This document shows positions 1-12,316 of a stretch of 64,000 bases of DNA, one piece after another. Source of the DNA: Eledone cirrhosa (Eukaryota). How positions within the stretch are numbered: the first letter of the stretch is position 1; every line of letters starts with the position of its first letter. Location: assembly GCA_964016885.1 (NCBI GenBank), contig OZ024740.1, positions 441,874,001-441,938,000 on the forward strand, given 5' to 3'. The notes under the pieces were generated by a model, which ran no database searches, had not been told where the DNA came from, and saw only the letters and a list, made by a program, of their open reading frames with translations. A program made the translations under genes and the position numbers.

Positions 1-296
1 TCGTTGATCCTTTATTGAGTCTGCCACCTTAATTCCCTCAAGCTAAGTTATTACTATTCCTACATGAAAGACTGGTTAATCTTCATATATAACTTGTCTC
101 GACTTGGTTAATTAATGACAGTATTTGTCTTTTTCATTGCAGTTTTGTTTATTACAAAGTGTTATTCCAGAACATTACTTGAAACTTTATCATACTGGAA
201 CAGGACTCATTATAGTAAGTTCCTTATACATAATTTTATAGGCTTATATAAGCAAATCTTTGCGTAACTTTACCAAACACATTCGCTAAACAGAAA

Positions 297-2057
297 ATGG
301 CCTCAGCAATGAAGAAAAAATGCAGGCAGTACAGCGTTGATTACTTACGGTTCGGATTCATCCCATCGCCGTCGAACCACCTGTCATCCATGTGTTTAAT
401 TTGCAAGGAGTCCTTTTCGAATGAGGCGATGAAGCCATCGCGTTTGAGTAGACACCTGGAGGTGAGGCACCCCGATAAGAGATATAAAGATTTAGCATAC
501 TTTCAGTCTCTTAGGGACCAATTCCAGAAAACAACACTAATTTCTTCTGCCTTTTCAAAAGTTGAAGCTTCAAATGTTGATGGACTTGTCGCATCTTACA
601 ATATTGCCAACATAATCGCAAAGTGTGGCAAGCCCCATTCCTTGGGTGAAACATTGGTAGCTCCTGTCATCTCAGAAGTTCTTTCAACAGTACTACGTCA
701 GAACCCGTTAAAGACCTTGAAATGTATTCCGTTGAGTAATGACTCAATAAGGAGACGCATCGACGAAATGGCGGAAAATGTTGAACAACAATTATGCAAC
801 TTGATGAAAGCACACTTTCCGGGAATCAGTCCTTACTACTGGGATACGTGCGATTTTTCCACCAAAACGAAATGCACGAGGAGCTTCTCTTCACTCTGAA
901 TCTAGCCACAGATACTAAAGGTGCCACCATCTTTGAATCTGTCAAGGGATACCTCGAAGTAAAAGAGATACCTCTTAACAATATTGTATCATGTGCTACG
1001 GACGGCGCAAGAGCAATGGTCGGCCAACATAAGGGTTTCGTCTCTCTTCTGAAGAGGGAAAATCCATCTGTATTTGCTGTTCATTGTGTCATTCATCGAC
1101 AACACTTGGCTGCGAAGAAACTCAGCGAGCCGCTGAGCAAGTGTTTGCAGGTAGCCATTGATGTCATCAATTATATCAAACGCCATGCCCTCAATGAACG
1201 AATTTTCCGGCAACTGTGCGAAGATAATGACGAAGAATTCGTCGAGTTGCTCCTTCATACTGAAGTGAGGTGGCTTTCAAAGGGCAAGTGCCTTACTCGC
1301 TTCTTTAAACTGTTCGACTCTATCATTGAGTTTCTTCGAGGACGCAACACAGAACTATATAAAAAAAACCTCGATGTGAGCCAAGACTGTGCCTACCTCG
1401 CCGACATCTTTGACAAATGCAATAGTCTCATTATGGCTTTGCAGGGGGAGAAGATCACCTTGTTTAAAGCAAGGAATGCTGTGAAAATATTCCTGGCCAA
1501 ATTGAAAGTCATCGAAAGGAATCTTTGTCGACGGGAATTCTATAATGTTCCTAGTGTCGCCAATGTTTCAAACATTGTAAGCAATGACCAACTCCAAATG
1601 TATACTGCTCACCTCCGTGCACTACAAGACAACATGAGAGAACGGTTTGTCGACCTTTTGCAGATGGACATCCCAATGTGGATAGCAGATCCCTTCATAG
1701 CCAACGTCGACGATTTCGACGTTAAATTTCAGGAAGAATTAATTGAACTTCAGACAGATGACATTATCAAAATTAAATTTTCCAAAATAGGTGAACCCTT
1801 TTTGGGGATGCAAGAGGAAATTCAGCGTCGATTTCCACTCCTACATGCAGAGGCTAAGAGATTTGCTAAGAGATTTGCTAAGAGATTTGCTTTCATACTT
1901 AGTCGAGAGGGGGTTTGGCGTTGTTTCCAGACTGCATAGTAAGGCTTGCAACCGCTACAATGTGATTGCACGTGGAGATCTCCGGCTACAGCTCACAAAA
2001 ATCCAGCCTGACGTCAAAGAGTTAGCTAAACTCCATGAAGCTCAAGGGTCCCATTGA
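297..2057 (+). pseudogene. hAT (Charlie/Buster, ZBED5/SCAND3-like) transposase, frameshifted
   Basis: BED-type zinc finger CLIC...MKPSRLSRH..RH, QLDEST (first D), TDGA (second D), HCVIHRQHL, TEVRWLS, SYLVERGF (E). Split across three frames (297-899, 794-1939, 1791-2057). Confidence 0.92.
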
Positions 2058-2640
2058 TACGAGGTCAAAGTAAGTCGATTTTTTATTTGTAGTTGCAGTC
2101 TGACTGGACTGGAAACCATCTACCACAATTAACTTACTCATTTGTTGTATATATTTTACCGTTTACTAATGAATATACCCTCTTACGATGTCATGAAAAC
2201 CCTATTACGTGGTCGCAAAGCGGAGGGGACATCAAGTTAGATATCAACATTTATTCTGTCCGTTTCATTAAAGGGAAAATTGGAAAGCTTTGAAATAATA
2301 CAACTGCCACTTTCTTCCAGATAAGAGCACTCTTTGGATAGACAGAATTGCTCTTGTATAAATGTTCAAAATAGCTGCTATCATTTGGTGGGAATATAAC
2401 AAATTCAACTGGTTGAATAAAAAAGAACATTTATGTTCCTTTTTTTTTAAATCAATATACTTCCTTTCAAGGAATGTATTTATACTTTCAACTGCCTGCA
2501 ATGGTATTCTTGGAATATCGTTAATCATTTTTTTAGTAATCTACTGATATCAAAAACAGTAGTATATTGAAAAATGGAAAAAAAGGGTAGGGGGGCGTTT
2601 CGTGATTTCGAAGGGAAAAAGGGGGCGTTTGGCCGAAATG

Positions 2641-2663
2641 GGTTGAGAACCTTTGATCTAGAG
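2641..2663 (+). mobile_element. Right TIR of the Charlie-type hAT element plus target site
   Basis: GGTTGAGAACCTTTG (2641-2655; reverse complement CAAAGGTTCTCAACC, Charlie-like CAGTGGTTCTCAACC) followed by ATCTAGAG, matching the NTCTAGAN Charlie target. Left end probably lies upstream of the window. Confidence 0.8.
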
Positions 2664-3124
2664 AGATAAAGCGATGAGTAGAATGATGGATGGGTGGCAG
2701 GCTGGCTGGTTGGTTAAATTGCTTGATAGATAAGTAGATGATGATGATGATGATGACGTGGGCGGCGACGGTGTAGTCCTAGCTACTGTTTCTTCACCTC
2801 TCTTTGTTTTATTCATATTGGGATTTTTTATTGCGTTTTTTTTTTTTAATTATCGTCCGCCAAAATCCTGTTTCGCTCCACCCCACGCCACCCTATTTCA
2901 CCTCATGCCACCCAACCTCCACCCCACCCAACCACCACTCCACCTCACCCCACCGTACCGCACCGCACTCGACCCCACCCGACCCCACCTCCGCCCAACC
3001 AATCACCACCCCACCCCACTTCACCCCACCTCGTTCTCAATTTTGTTCTGCTTGTCTCATTCTGATTTTTTCTCTCTTCTTTTTTCGTGTCACTGTTACC
3101 TCTTCTCCTATCACCCCCCCCCTC

Positions 3125-3174
<50 letters not shown>

Positions 3175-3459
3175 ACTTATCTATCTATCTGTTTCTTACA
3201 TGTGACCATCGTGCGCATTTGAGCTGCTCTCTTCTAGAAATGGTTCCATTGTTACGCCACAGACACGAGGTCACTACAGATGTAAAATGATGGAATTTTC
3301 GTACGGAATCCCTGTTCTCTACTCAACAAGTTTAAATCCCGCCCCCGCCATCTTTTGTAGACTTTCTGTTAGGAACTGCAATACACATTTACTCAGTTAG
3401 GCTTGGTTATTTAACATGGTGGAGGATATTTCATACAATATTTAGGATCGGCTTTCGTC

Positions 3460-3680
3460 CCTCTGGATGTTGTTAAAGTGTAGGACACAATGCCTTCCGA
3501 TATTTGTTTCAGTTATTTGCGCTCCAAGTCTGCAGAGGTGACCTTTGATTTCACTCTGCCAGGGTCGATATCAAAAACGGTGGATTGGTGAAGTTGTTAG
3601 AGTGTCGGACAACATCACTTTCAGTAACTGTCTACGCTTTTTACATTGGAGAACAAATCCTCAGTGACCTACTTGGGTGA
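3460..3680 (+). mobile_element. Two diverged tRNA-SINE fragments
   Basis: Similar to the SINE at 7036 (GGTGGATTGG..GTTAGAGTGTCGGAC head; GAGGTGACCTTTGATTTCA..GGGTCGATA core). Confidence 0.5.
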
Positions 3681-4062
3681 TAGATTTAATCAGGTACCCA
3701 GTTTAACATCATCTGGTCCTTCAGTGATATTTTTAATCCGGTACCCGGTTTAACATCATCTGGTCCTTCTGTGGTAGATTAAATGAGGTACCTAGTTTAA
3801 CACCATCATCTGGTCCTTCAGTGATAGATTTAATCAGGTACCCAGTTTAACACCATCATCTGGTCCTTCAGTGATAGATTTAATCAGGTACCCAGTTTAA
3901 CACCATCATCTGGTCCTTCAGTGATAGATTTAATCAGGTACCCAGTTTAACATCATCTGGTCCTTCAGTGATAGATTTAATCAGGTACCCAGTTTAACAT
4001 CATCTGGTCCTTCAGTGATAGATTTAATCCGGTACCCAGTTTAACACCATCATCTGGTCATT
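3677..4062. repeat. 47-50 bp minisatellite, about 8 copies
   Basis: Unit TTCAGTGATAGATTTAATCAGGTACCCAGTTTAAC(ACC)ATCATCTGGTCC. Confidence 0.95.
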
Positions 4063-4489
4063 CGGTACCTTTAATGGAGTCTATTGCAAGCCTTCGAACC
4101 AAGTCCCCACAGTGAGGGCACTTTTCTCTTTCAGGGACCTTGAAAATAATCATAGACTCTACCCTTGACTAATTATTTAAAAGAGGTGGGGAGTACGATA
4201 AAATACGTACCAGTGATATACTGAGGAGTGGTTCAGTTGCTTATATCCGTCCCCTATTGATATATAGCATTGTGCCACTTTAAGAAATAATTATGTCAAC
4301 CCTGATTCTCGAAGATTCTCTTGAGAATTCCTGAAGTATTTATTTATTTATTTATTGTTTGTTTAACATTTTCTTGAACCAGAAAAAGTTCTACTTTGGG
4401 GAAAGAGTAAATGGTAATTCCATTTCTCTGTAAAAGTACATTCCATTGTATATAAAGGGAAAAAAACAGGATGATCAACTCCAGCTACT

Positions 4490-4693
4490 TCCCGTCTCCC
4501 TAACAGATGTACCCTTCTGCCTAACAGATGTACCCTGTCTCCCTAACAGATATACCCTGTCTCTCTAACAGATGTACCCTATCTTCCTCTAACAGATGTT
4601 TCCGTCTCCCTAACAGATATACCCTGTCTCTCTAACAGATGTACCCTGTCTTCCTCTAACAGATGTTTCCGTCTCCCTAACAGATGTACCCTT
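4490..4693. repeat. 21-24 bp minisatellite
   Basis: Repeats of CTAACAGATGTACCCTGTCTCC with variants. Confidence 0.9.
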
Positions 4694-5547
4694 TAGCTAT
4701 AAAGCCACAACTTAGAAATGATATTTGGCCGAAAAGATATTTTCCTTAAGAAAATTCTATTGATACTCATATATAACACGTCATATATTGTATATATGTA
4801 TGTGTATAACACTTCATGTATTGTATATAACACGTCATATATTGTATGTATGTATGTGTATAACACTTCATATATTGTATGTATGTATGTATGTAGGTTT
4901 TATATCGGAGTCATCCCAGTTCCCTGAGTTGCCTTCTCCTAGAAGTTACCGATGATGTTGATCTTTTATTCTTTTCGGGTTATAACTACTGTCGCTCAGA
5001 GAGTGGGATTGGTTCAGTGCACAGTCTTTCCTCACTTAAATATCTCCATGCACAGGCATTGCACGATAGAATTAATTAATAATTATTAATAATGGTATAT
5101 CATGCAATGGCCATACTCGATAACGAGGGGGCAGCCATCCTCATCATCATGTATGTATGTATGTATGTATGTATGTATGTATGTATGTATGTATATATGT
5201 ATGTATATATGTCAGGGCACCAGTTGGTGCTACTGGTAACATGTATCCCAGTACAACCTGTCTCATGGTCGGGTCGTTGGCGACTAAACTGGCAACCCCA
5301 CCAAGGTTTCTTGGTGAGGAGGGTGACTTTGGACATCCTGCAGGACTAAAAACAAAACCTGTCAAAGGGCAAAGGAGCTCTTAAGAGTCAATGTCCATCC
5401 AAAATCACCGGGAGAGATGACCCCTTAGCCTTTGTCAAGGCAGAATTCTAGGAGAAGGAAAACTCTGATATAACACCTGCAACCCTGATGGTATCCAATG
5501 ATGTTGACTTGTTCTTCTTTTTGGTAAATATCATCTTGGTTAAGAGA

Positions 5548-5901
5548 GTGGGACTGGCTTTGTGCAGTGCCTTTGCTCAGTATAAAAGCTTCACGGCACA
5601 GGCATTGCTTTATATCTGGAGATCTCTCTGCACTTGTCGTTACATGGTACCATGGGCCCAGCACTATGTGTCAATAGTTGTCACAAGTGTAGTGTTTGTA
5701 CCAGAGTTTTCAAGTCACTGGCTGGACTAAAAAGTCACACTCGTTCAGCGCATCGGTAGGGGTTCTCCTACATGGATATAAAGTAGTGGCCGTACTCGAA
5801 AACGAGTTGGCAGCCACCATATATGTATGTGGGACTGGCTTTGTGCAGTGCCTTTGCTCACTATAAAAGCTTCACGGCACAGGCATTGCTTTATATCTGG
5901 A
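5548..5901. repeat. About 73 bp direct repeat (5548-5620, 5829-5901; diverged copy near 5003-5061)
   Basis: GTGGGACTGGCTTTGTGCAGTGCCTTTGCTCA...GGCATTGCTTTATATCTGGA occurs twice almost identically. Confidence 0.8.
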
Positions 5902-6019
5902 TGTATGTATGATAATCACCTCATTCCGACTTGGAAACCTTGCCCTTGTAAACCGAGAGCAAAATTGCATCTACCCAGTCTTGCGGGACAGGCTCACCAT
6001 GCCATGCAGGGCTCTAAGT

Positions 6020-6150
6020 CGGAATGATTATCGAGGTATAAGTCTGCTTGAATTGATAGGAAAAGTCTTATCCACGGTCTTACTGAATCGTCTAATAAAA
6101 TGGATCTGCCCTAGTGCCATCCCTGAAACTCAGTGTGGATTCAGAGCTGA
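6020..6150 (+). pseudogene. RTE-type LINE reverse transcriptase fragment
   Basis: NDYRGISLLELIGKVLSTVLLNRL...PETQCGFRA, typical RTE/BovB RT domains 1-2. Confidence 0.8.
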
Positions 6151-6199
6151 GTTGGGTGTTGCCCATAAAATCTGTCCAGTGATTCTTTCCTGAGACATT

Positions 6200-6790
6200 C
6201 TAACCACATACCCATAGTATCTGTGATCTCTCAATTAGGAGAAGTAGCAGCTCTACCTTGAGCGACTCTCTTATCTCAGAGCTACGCACTCTATCGAGTA
6301 ACTTTACTCCAGAGAGCTTTTGTAGGAACCTATTCCGGCCGCATGCATACGCAATCGAATTCTTCCGCTCATTACCCAAGATTCATGACCATAAATACGG
6401 GTTGGCACGAATACCAAATTGAAAAGAGCAAGTTTGGATTTTACACCTACCTCCCTTCTTCTGACTACTGAATGCTGAAGCTGGTGCATTACTGCACCAG
6501 CTTCTGCAATTCTTGCACTTAATTCAGCCTCCTGCCTTCCATCACTCATGAATACGGTCTCGAGATACTTGAACTCCTCCACCTGCTTCAGTGGAACTTC
6601 AAGTACATGTAGAGTGCATGTGCAGGGTTCCTTGAGAGGAAGGGTGTCTCAGTTTTCGCAGCACTGATTTTCATTCCAGCCATGCAGAACTCGACAACAA
6701 ATCTATCAAGTACATGTGTGAGATCACCTTCTGTTGAGTTAAGTAACGTCATGTCGTCTGCAAATTCCAGCTGATTCTACGCCCGCCACT
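6200..6790 (-). pseudogene. RTE-type LINE RT/C-terminal fragment
   Basis: QLEFADD near 6770-6752, then LKQVEEFKYLET..SDG...ELSARI..AGAV...KSKLALFNLVFVPT.IYGHESW. Confidence 0.8.
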
Positions 6791-7035
6791 TCCAATTTCG
6801 AAGTAGTATCAAAAATGTTGACTGTGACAACAGCATCTTTGTCTCAAACTACAAGAAACTGGTACAGCAAGAGAAGAGTGAAAGAAAAAGACATTTCTTT
6901 TTAATTAAAATATATAAAGTAAATGTAAGACTTATTTTTTTAGTTTTATGGGGTTTCATTTTGATGTAATTGAATTTAGTACGTTTTTGTATATTTTGGT
7001 ACTTTTTAAACAAAGTTTTTGGTATTATTTAGAAA

Positions 7036-7224
7036 GTGGATTGGCAGTATCGGTAGAGGGTCGGACGCCATGCTTTGACGCATAGAGTTACAGCCCATGC
7101 CATTATGAGTTCAAATCCCGCTAGGATTGACTTTGCCTTTCATTTTTACGGGGTCGGTAAAATAAAGTACCAATAATACACTGAGATAATTGCTCTCCTT
7201 GTGCCAAACATAGAAACAATTATT
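7036..7224 (+). mobile_element. tRNA-derived SINE, full length
   Basis: A-box TGGCAGTATCGG, B-box GAGTTCAAATCC, core CTTTGCCTTTCAT..GGGGTCG.TAAAATAAAGTACCA. Several copies elsewhere in the window. Confidence 0.85.
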
Positions 7225-7406
7225 AAGAAAAGGTTTTGTCAGCCATTCTTCCGTCTGCGCATGTCAATCACATGTCAATCACAACCCAATCAAATGTATG
7301 ATCAAGATTTTGTTAATCTATCTTTCAAACGTCAGCTTCAAAATGATAAAATCATTTATTAACTTCCTTAAAATTCTTGATTATTTTCAAAATTAACTGC
7401 AAATTA

Positions 7407-8284
7407 TCTATATATATAAAACTGAGGATGTCTGTCTGTGTGTGTGTGTGAGTTTGAATCCCTAAAACTCGAGAACCACCTAACCGACTGTTTTCAAACT
7501 TTACACATGTAATACTTATATTTCAGGGAGTGTTCTGAGCAAAAAGATTTCAAATTTTCAATGCCTTAGGGACCGATTTAGCGATCTCTCTCTATAATTC
7601 TTAGTCTTTCTCTTTTTAGATAGATACATACATATAAGGTCGCACCCTCATAATATCTGTCTGTATGTCTGGCTGTCTGCATTACGTCACTTCCCTGAGG
7701 GTGCCTGTCTGTGTGTATGTGTGTGTGTGTGTCTGAGTTTGAATCCCTAAAACTCGAGAAGTACCCAACCGATGTTTTTCAAACTTTACATGTGTATTAC
7801 TTATGTTTCAGGGAGTGTTATACACATAAACAAATTCAAGATTTTGATCCCCTAGGGCCCGCATTAAGTGAAAAACTGCGTTTTTTAAGCTTTTTAGGGG
7901 TTTTTTTAGGCGTTACGTCAGTCTCTTCTTCATACCGTGAACAAAGAAAATCCAATTTTTTTATGGCCTAGGGCCCGCATTAGGTAAAAAACTTCATTTT
8001 TTCAGCTTTTGGGGGCTCTTTGGAGGCCGATTTTCCCGAAATTTCAAAGCATATTATGCACATAAAACAATTTCATTTTTTTTATCTCCTAGGGCCCGCA
8101 TTAGGTGAAAACCTGCATTTTTACTGCTTCATCGAGGAAAATCTTAAAGATTATCCAACCATCAGAGTATTTTGATTATTTTCTTGAGATATTGTCCAGG
8201 CATGCAGTTTTTCCACGATTAGGTCTGTTGGCGGCTCGCGTTCCAAAATACTTTATCCCGTGCAACGCCGGGTACCACTGCTAG
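7407..8284 (+). mobile_element. Non-autonomous Helitron
   Basis: Starts A|TCTATATATATAAAACT, ends with hairpin CCCGTGCAACGCCGGG and CTAG|T; no TSD. Internal duplicated blocks. Related copies at 57370-58200. Confidence 0.88.
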
Positions 8285-8645
8285 TAATCTATAAATGTCA
8301 TTAGAAATAAATTAAATAAAGCTATAAACAAGTAGTGAAAACTGGGTCAGAGACACAGCATAAACAGAGGTTTACATCGTACTCCCCCCGGCGACAGTCA
8401 CACTAAATATAACCGGAACTAAAGAGATTACTAAGGTTAATCACTTGAAATAGTTAATCGATTACAATAAGCTGATTATAGATTATTTGTATGTATATCC
8501 TGTATAGGTATTATTGTCTCCTAGTCAGGGATCTCTTGCCAACTGGCTTACACTTGTTGTTGACGGCACCTGATGGACACAAACACACACTCACACATAC
8601 GCACACACACACACACACGCACACACGCACACACACCCAGACACT

Positions 8646-8709
<64 letters not shown>

Positions 8710-8711
<2 letters not shown>

Positions 8712-9500
8712 AGTTATTCCGGGTTGAATGGGAGGTAACCACAGTAAATAAGGTACTCAATACATAGCAGAGTATAAAAGTTTTAATATAGAAGAGCTTC
8801 TACAGGACTAGAACTGTTTCATTCGTGAGAAATCATGAGGGAGCTGGCTGTCCAAGTAAATAGTGGTATCTATATCTTTTCTTTTCTGGTGGTAGGAGAG
8901 GGTGGGGATTGGGATGGGTGGAGGGCATTGGTTTTAGGATTTAAAGAAAAGGGAGGTCATTAAAAGCTAATTCTTTAAAGCTATAGTATTAACAAAGGCA
9001 AAGAGAATACTGTAAACAAAATCATATTTGGAATACCAATCCTAGTTTATCACTTAGACTAACAATGGCTGTAAGACAGGTGTCTACAGGATGGGTGGGG
9101 TTCAATGGTTTAAAGAAAAGGGGAATTTTTAGAAACTAATTCTTTAAGGCTGGAATAAGGGTGACAAAGGCAGAGAGGGTTCGATCAACAGATTCAAGTG
9201 TTGGGGTGAGACCCCTTATTGTGAAGTTTCTCTTAATATATATTCCAGGTGTCGACAACTACATTCACACACTCGCCCACTTACACACGTGCACACACAT
9301 ACACGCACGCACACACAGGCAGGCACACACACAACAAACATACATAATGGTACATACACACATACACGTATATATACATACACACAAATATGTGTACATA
9401 CATACGTCCACACACATATACATATACATATATACACACAGATACACACATACATATACATATATATATATATATACATACATATATATATACATATATA
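8710..9500 (-). mobile_element. PLE-associated non-coding element, family A
   Basis: Reverse complement of 10570-11283 and 19700-20385. Ends at (TA)n and carries an HHR motif. Confidence 0.75.
8795..8845 (-). ncRNA. Type I hammerhead ribozyme, family A (core mutated to CUCAUGA)
   Basis: AGCTCC-CTCATGA-TTTCTCACGAAT-GAAA-CAG.TTCTAGTC.CTG-TA-GAAGCT on the minus strand. Confidence 0.7.
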
Positions 9501-10046
9501 CATATATATATATACAAACACATAAATATATACACACACACACGCTCTAATACATACACACGCATACACACATTCAAACGTACACATATACACGCATATA
9601 TATACACACGTACGCACATATATAATACACACATACATACATACACACACACACATATATACACATTATACATATATATATGTATATATATGTGTATATG
9701 TGCGTGTGTGTGTGTATGTATATATGTGTGCGTACGTGTGTATATATGTATATGTGTACGTTTCAATGTGTGTAAGCGTGTGTGTGTATATATATATATA
9801 TGTGTTTGTATATATATATATATATGTATATCTGAAATATAAGTATGTATACGTACATACATATATGTATACAGACGTACAGTAGTATGTATATATATAT
9901 ATATACATGCACACATATATATATGTACGTATGGATTCACCGAACATTTATTATAGTGCTCGGTGTGTTTGTAAACAAACATCCCGAATTAAACCGTACA
10001 GTGTCTAGCAACCATCGTTGCTCATTTGTTCAACACTGACAAAGGA

Positions 10047-10089
10047 ACGCTGTACTAGTTTCAAGCTTATTAGCTATCGTCAGCAACGT
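10047..10089 (-). ncRNA. Minimal type I hammerhead, family B (inverted copy)
   Basis: Reverse complement of 10262-10304. Confidence 0.8.
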
Positions 10090-10261
10090 ATACCTTCCTG
10101 CTAGATGATTGAACGTCTGAAAGTATATACTTTCCTTATGCATATTAACGGCTGAGCAGCCTAATTAGGCCTAATTAGGCTGCAAATTAGGCTGCTCAGT
10201 CGTTAATATGCATAAGGAAAGTATATACTTTCAGACGTTCAATCATCTGGCAGGAAGGTAT

Positions 10262-10304
10262 ACGTTGCTGACGATAGCTAATAAGCTTGAAACTAGTACA
10301 GCGT
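10262..10304 (+). ncRNA. Minimal type I hammerhead, family B
   Basis: ACGTTG-CTGACGA-T AGCT AATA AGCT T-GAAA-CTAG-TA-CAGCGT: stem I 6 bp, stem II 4 bp, palindromic minimal stem III. Confidence 0.85.
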
Positions 10305-10569
10305 TCCTTTGTCAGTGTTGAACAAATGAGCAACGATGGTTGCTAGACACTGTACGGCTTAATTCGGGATGTTTGTTTACAAACACACCGAGCATTATAA
10401 TAAATGTTCGGTGAATCCATACTTACATATATATATGTGTGCATGTATGTATATATATATACATACTACTGTACGTCTGTATACATATATGTATGTACGT
10501 ATACATACTTATATTTAAGTAACAGCCGTACTAAGAGTGAGAAATGAAATTTCGTTTCATTTTTTCCTA

Positions 10570-11283
10570 TGTATATATGTATATATATATATGTATGTAT
10601 ATATATATATATGTATATGTATGTGTGTATGTGTGTGTATATATGTATTTGTATATGTGTGTGTGCGTATGTATGTACACATATTTGTGTGTATTTATAT
10701 ATATGTGTATATATTTGTATATGTGTATGTGTGTATGTACCATTATGTATGTTTGTTGTGTGTGTGCCTGCCTATGTGTGCGTGCGTGTATGTGTGTGTA
10801 CGTGTGTAGGTGGGCGAGTGTGTGAATGTGCTTGTTGACACCTGGAATATATATTAAGAGAAACTTCACAATAAGGGGTCTCACCCCAACACTTGAATCT
10901 GTTGATCGAACCCTCTCTGCCTTTGTCACCCTTATTCCAGCCTTAAAGAATTAGTTTCTAAGAATTCCCCTTTTCTTTAAACCATTGAACCCCACCCATC
11001 TTGTAGACACCTGTCTTACACCCATTGTTAGTCTAAGTGATAAACTAGGATTGGTATTCCAAATATGATTTTGTTTACAGTATTCTCTCTGCCTTTGTTA
11101 ATACTATAGCTTTAAAGAATTAGCTTTTAATGACCTCCCTTTTCTTTAAATCCTAAAACCAATGCCTTCCACCCATCCCAATCCCCACCCTCTCCTACCA
11201 CCAAATAAGAAAAGATATAAATACCACTACTTACTTGGAGAGTCAGCTCCCTGATGATTTCTCACGAATGAAACAGTTCTAGT
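10570..11283 (+). mobile_element. Family A copy, truncated inside its hammerhead
   Basis: Matches 19700-20355. CTGATGA at 11251 and GAAA at 11270, then breaks at TTCTAGT. Confidence 0.75.
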
Positions 11284-11457
11284 ACATCGTTTGAAACTAG
11301 TACATCGTTCCTGTGTCAGTGTTGAACAAAAAGGTGACGTGGTTGCCTAAACACTGCACGGCGTAAATCAGGCTGTTCGTTTGTTTACAAACGAACAAAG
11401 CGAACATTATAATAAATGTTCGGTAAACTGGTACGTGCATATATATATGTGTGCCTG

Positions 11458-11496
<39 letters not shown>

Positions 11497-11604
11497 GCTA
11501 CTGTACGTCTGTATACATATATGTGTGTACGTATACATACATACTTACATTTAAGTAAGTGCCGTACTAAGAGTGAGAAATGAAATTTCGTTTCATTCTA
11601 TTCC

Positions 11605-11608
<4 letters not shown>
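11284..11608 (+). mobile_element. Diverged family B 3' part
   Basis: TGAAACTAGTACATCGTTCC...GTACTAAGAGTGAGAAATGAAATTTCGTTTCAT aligns with 10288-10560. Confidence 0.75.
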
Positions 11609-11692
<84 letters not shown>

Positions 11693-11696
<4 letters not shown>

Positions 11697-12170
11697 AGAA
11701 AGGAGAGTGACATGGTTTGCTATACAATAAGGGCTTTATTCACATTCCTGACAATTGTTTCTCTGAACTGGTAGGTCTAGAGATCGCTACCCGCCTGTTT
11801 TTGCGTCAATCGATCACCAATACTTTGTTATAACCAGTCAATTCCTCTCCAATGCTCTGATGAACTGACTGGTTATAACAAAGTATTGGTGATCGATTGA
11901 CGCAAAAACAGGCGGGTAGCGACCTCTAGACCTACCAGTTCAGAGAAACAATTGTCAGCAATGTGAATAAAGCCCTTATTGTATAGCAAACCATGTCACT
12001 CTTCTTTCTTGATTTATTATTACTCGCATAGTGATGCTCGCGTACTCGCAGCATCACTATGGAAACGTCTTGTTGAGTCAAACTTAGCCAAGCGTTAATA
12101 CTATCCGCTACTCGGAGTACCCTAACTGGATTACATCTAAGTGGACTACCTATAACAATAATTTGTTATC

Positions 12171-12173
<3 letters not shown>
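11693..12173 (+). mobile_element. Palindromic mini-element, family C, between (TA)n tracts
   Basis: Inverted arms 11693-11840 and 11866-12013, then a 160 bp tail with hairpin CATAGTGATGCT...AGCATCACTATG. Confidence 0.85.
11853..11960 (+). ncRNA. Type I hammerhead with extended stem II, family C
   Basis: TGCT-CTGATGA-aCTGACTGGT...ACCAGTTCAGa-GAAA-CAATTG-TC-AGCA; GUC cleavage triplet, palindromic stem III. Confidence 0.8.
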
Positions 12174-12206
<33 letters not shown>

Positions 12207-12260
12207 ACAGGGAGAAAGAGACGATTATGAGGAAGAAAAATTTATTTTTTTCCTTTTTTT

Positions 12261-12316
<56 letters not shown>

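Larger units (their letters stand above)
9835..10568. mobile_element. Palindromic element, family B (arms about 9835-10166 and 10185-10515, plus 3' tail)
   Basis: Near-perfect inverted arms around a short AATTAGGC-rich spacer; tail ends in (TA)n. Confidence 0.85.

Noticed and set aside
297-2057. Domesticated ZBED/SCAND3-like host gene
   Set aside because: Two frameshifts plus a retained TIR and Charlie target site indicate a transposon relic.
3677-4062. CRISPR-like regular array (also 63197-63590)
   Set aside because: No unique spacers and no cas genes; these are eukaryotic minisatellites.
7036-7130. tRNA genes at A/B-box sequences
   Set aside because: No cloverleaf; these are SINE heads.
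9161-10929. Many YI/CV/HT-rich ORFs here and at 35993-36401, 40703-41488, 50858-53192
   Set aside because: Translations of (TA)n/(TG)n/(CA)n microsatellites, which lack stop codons.
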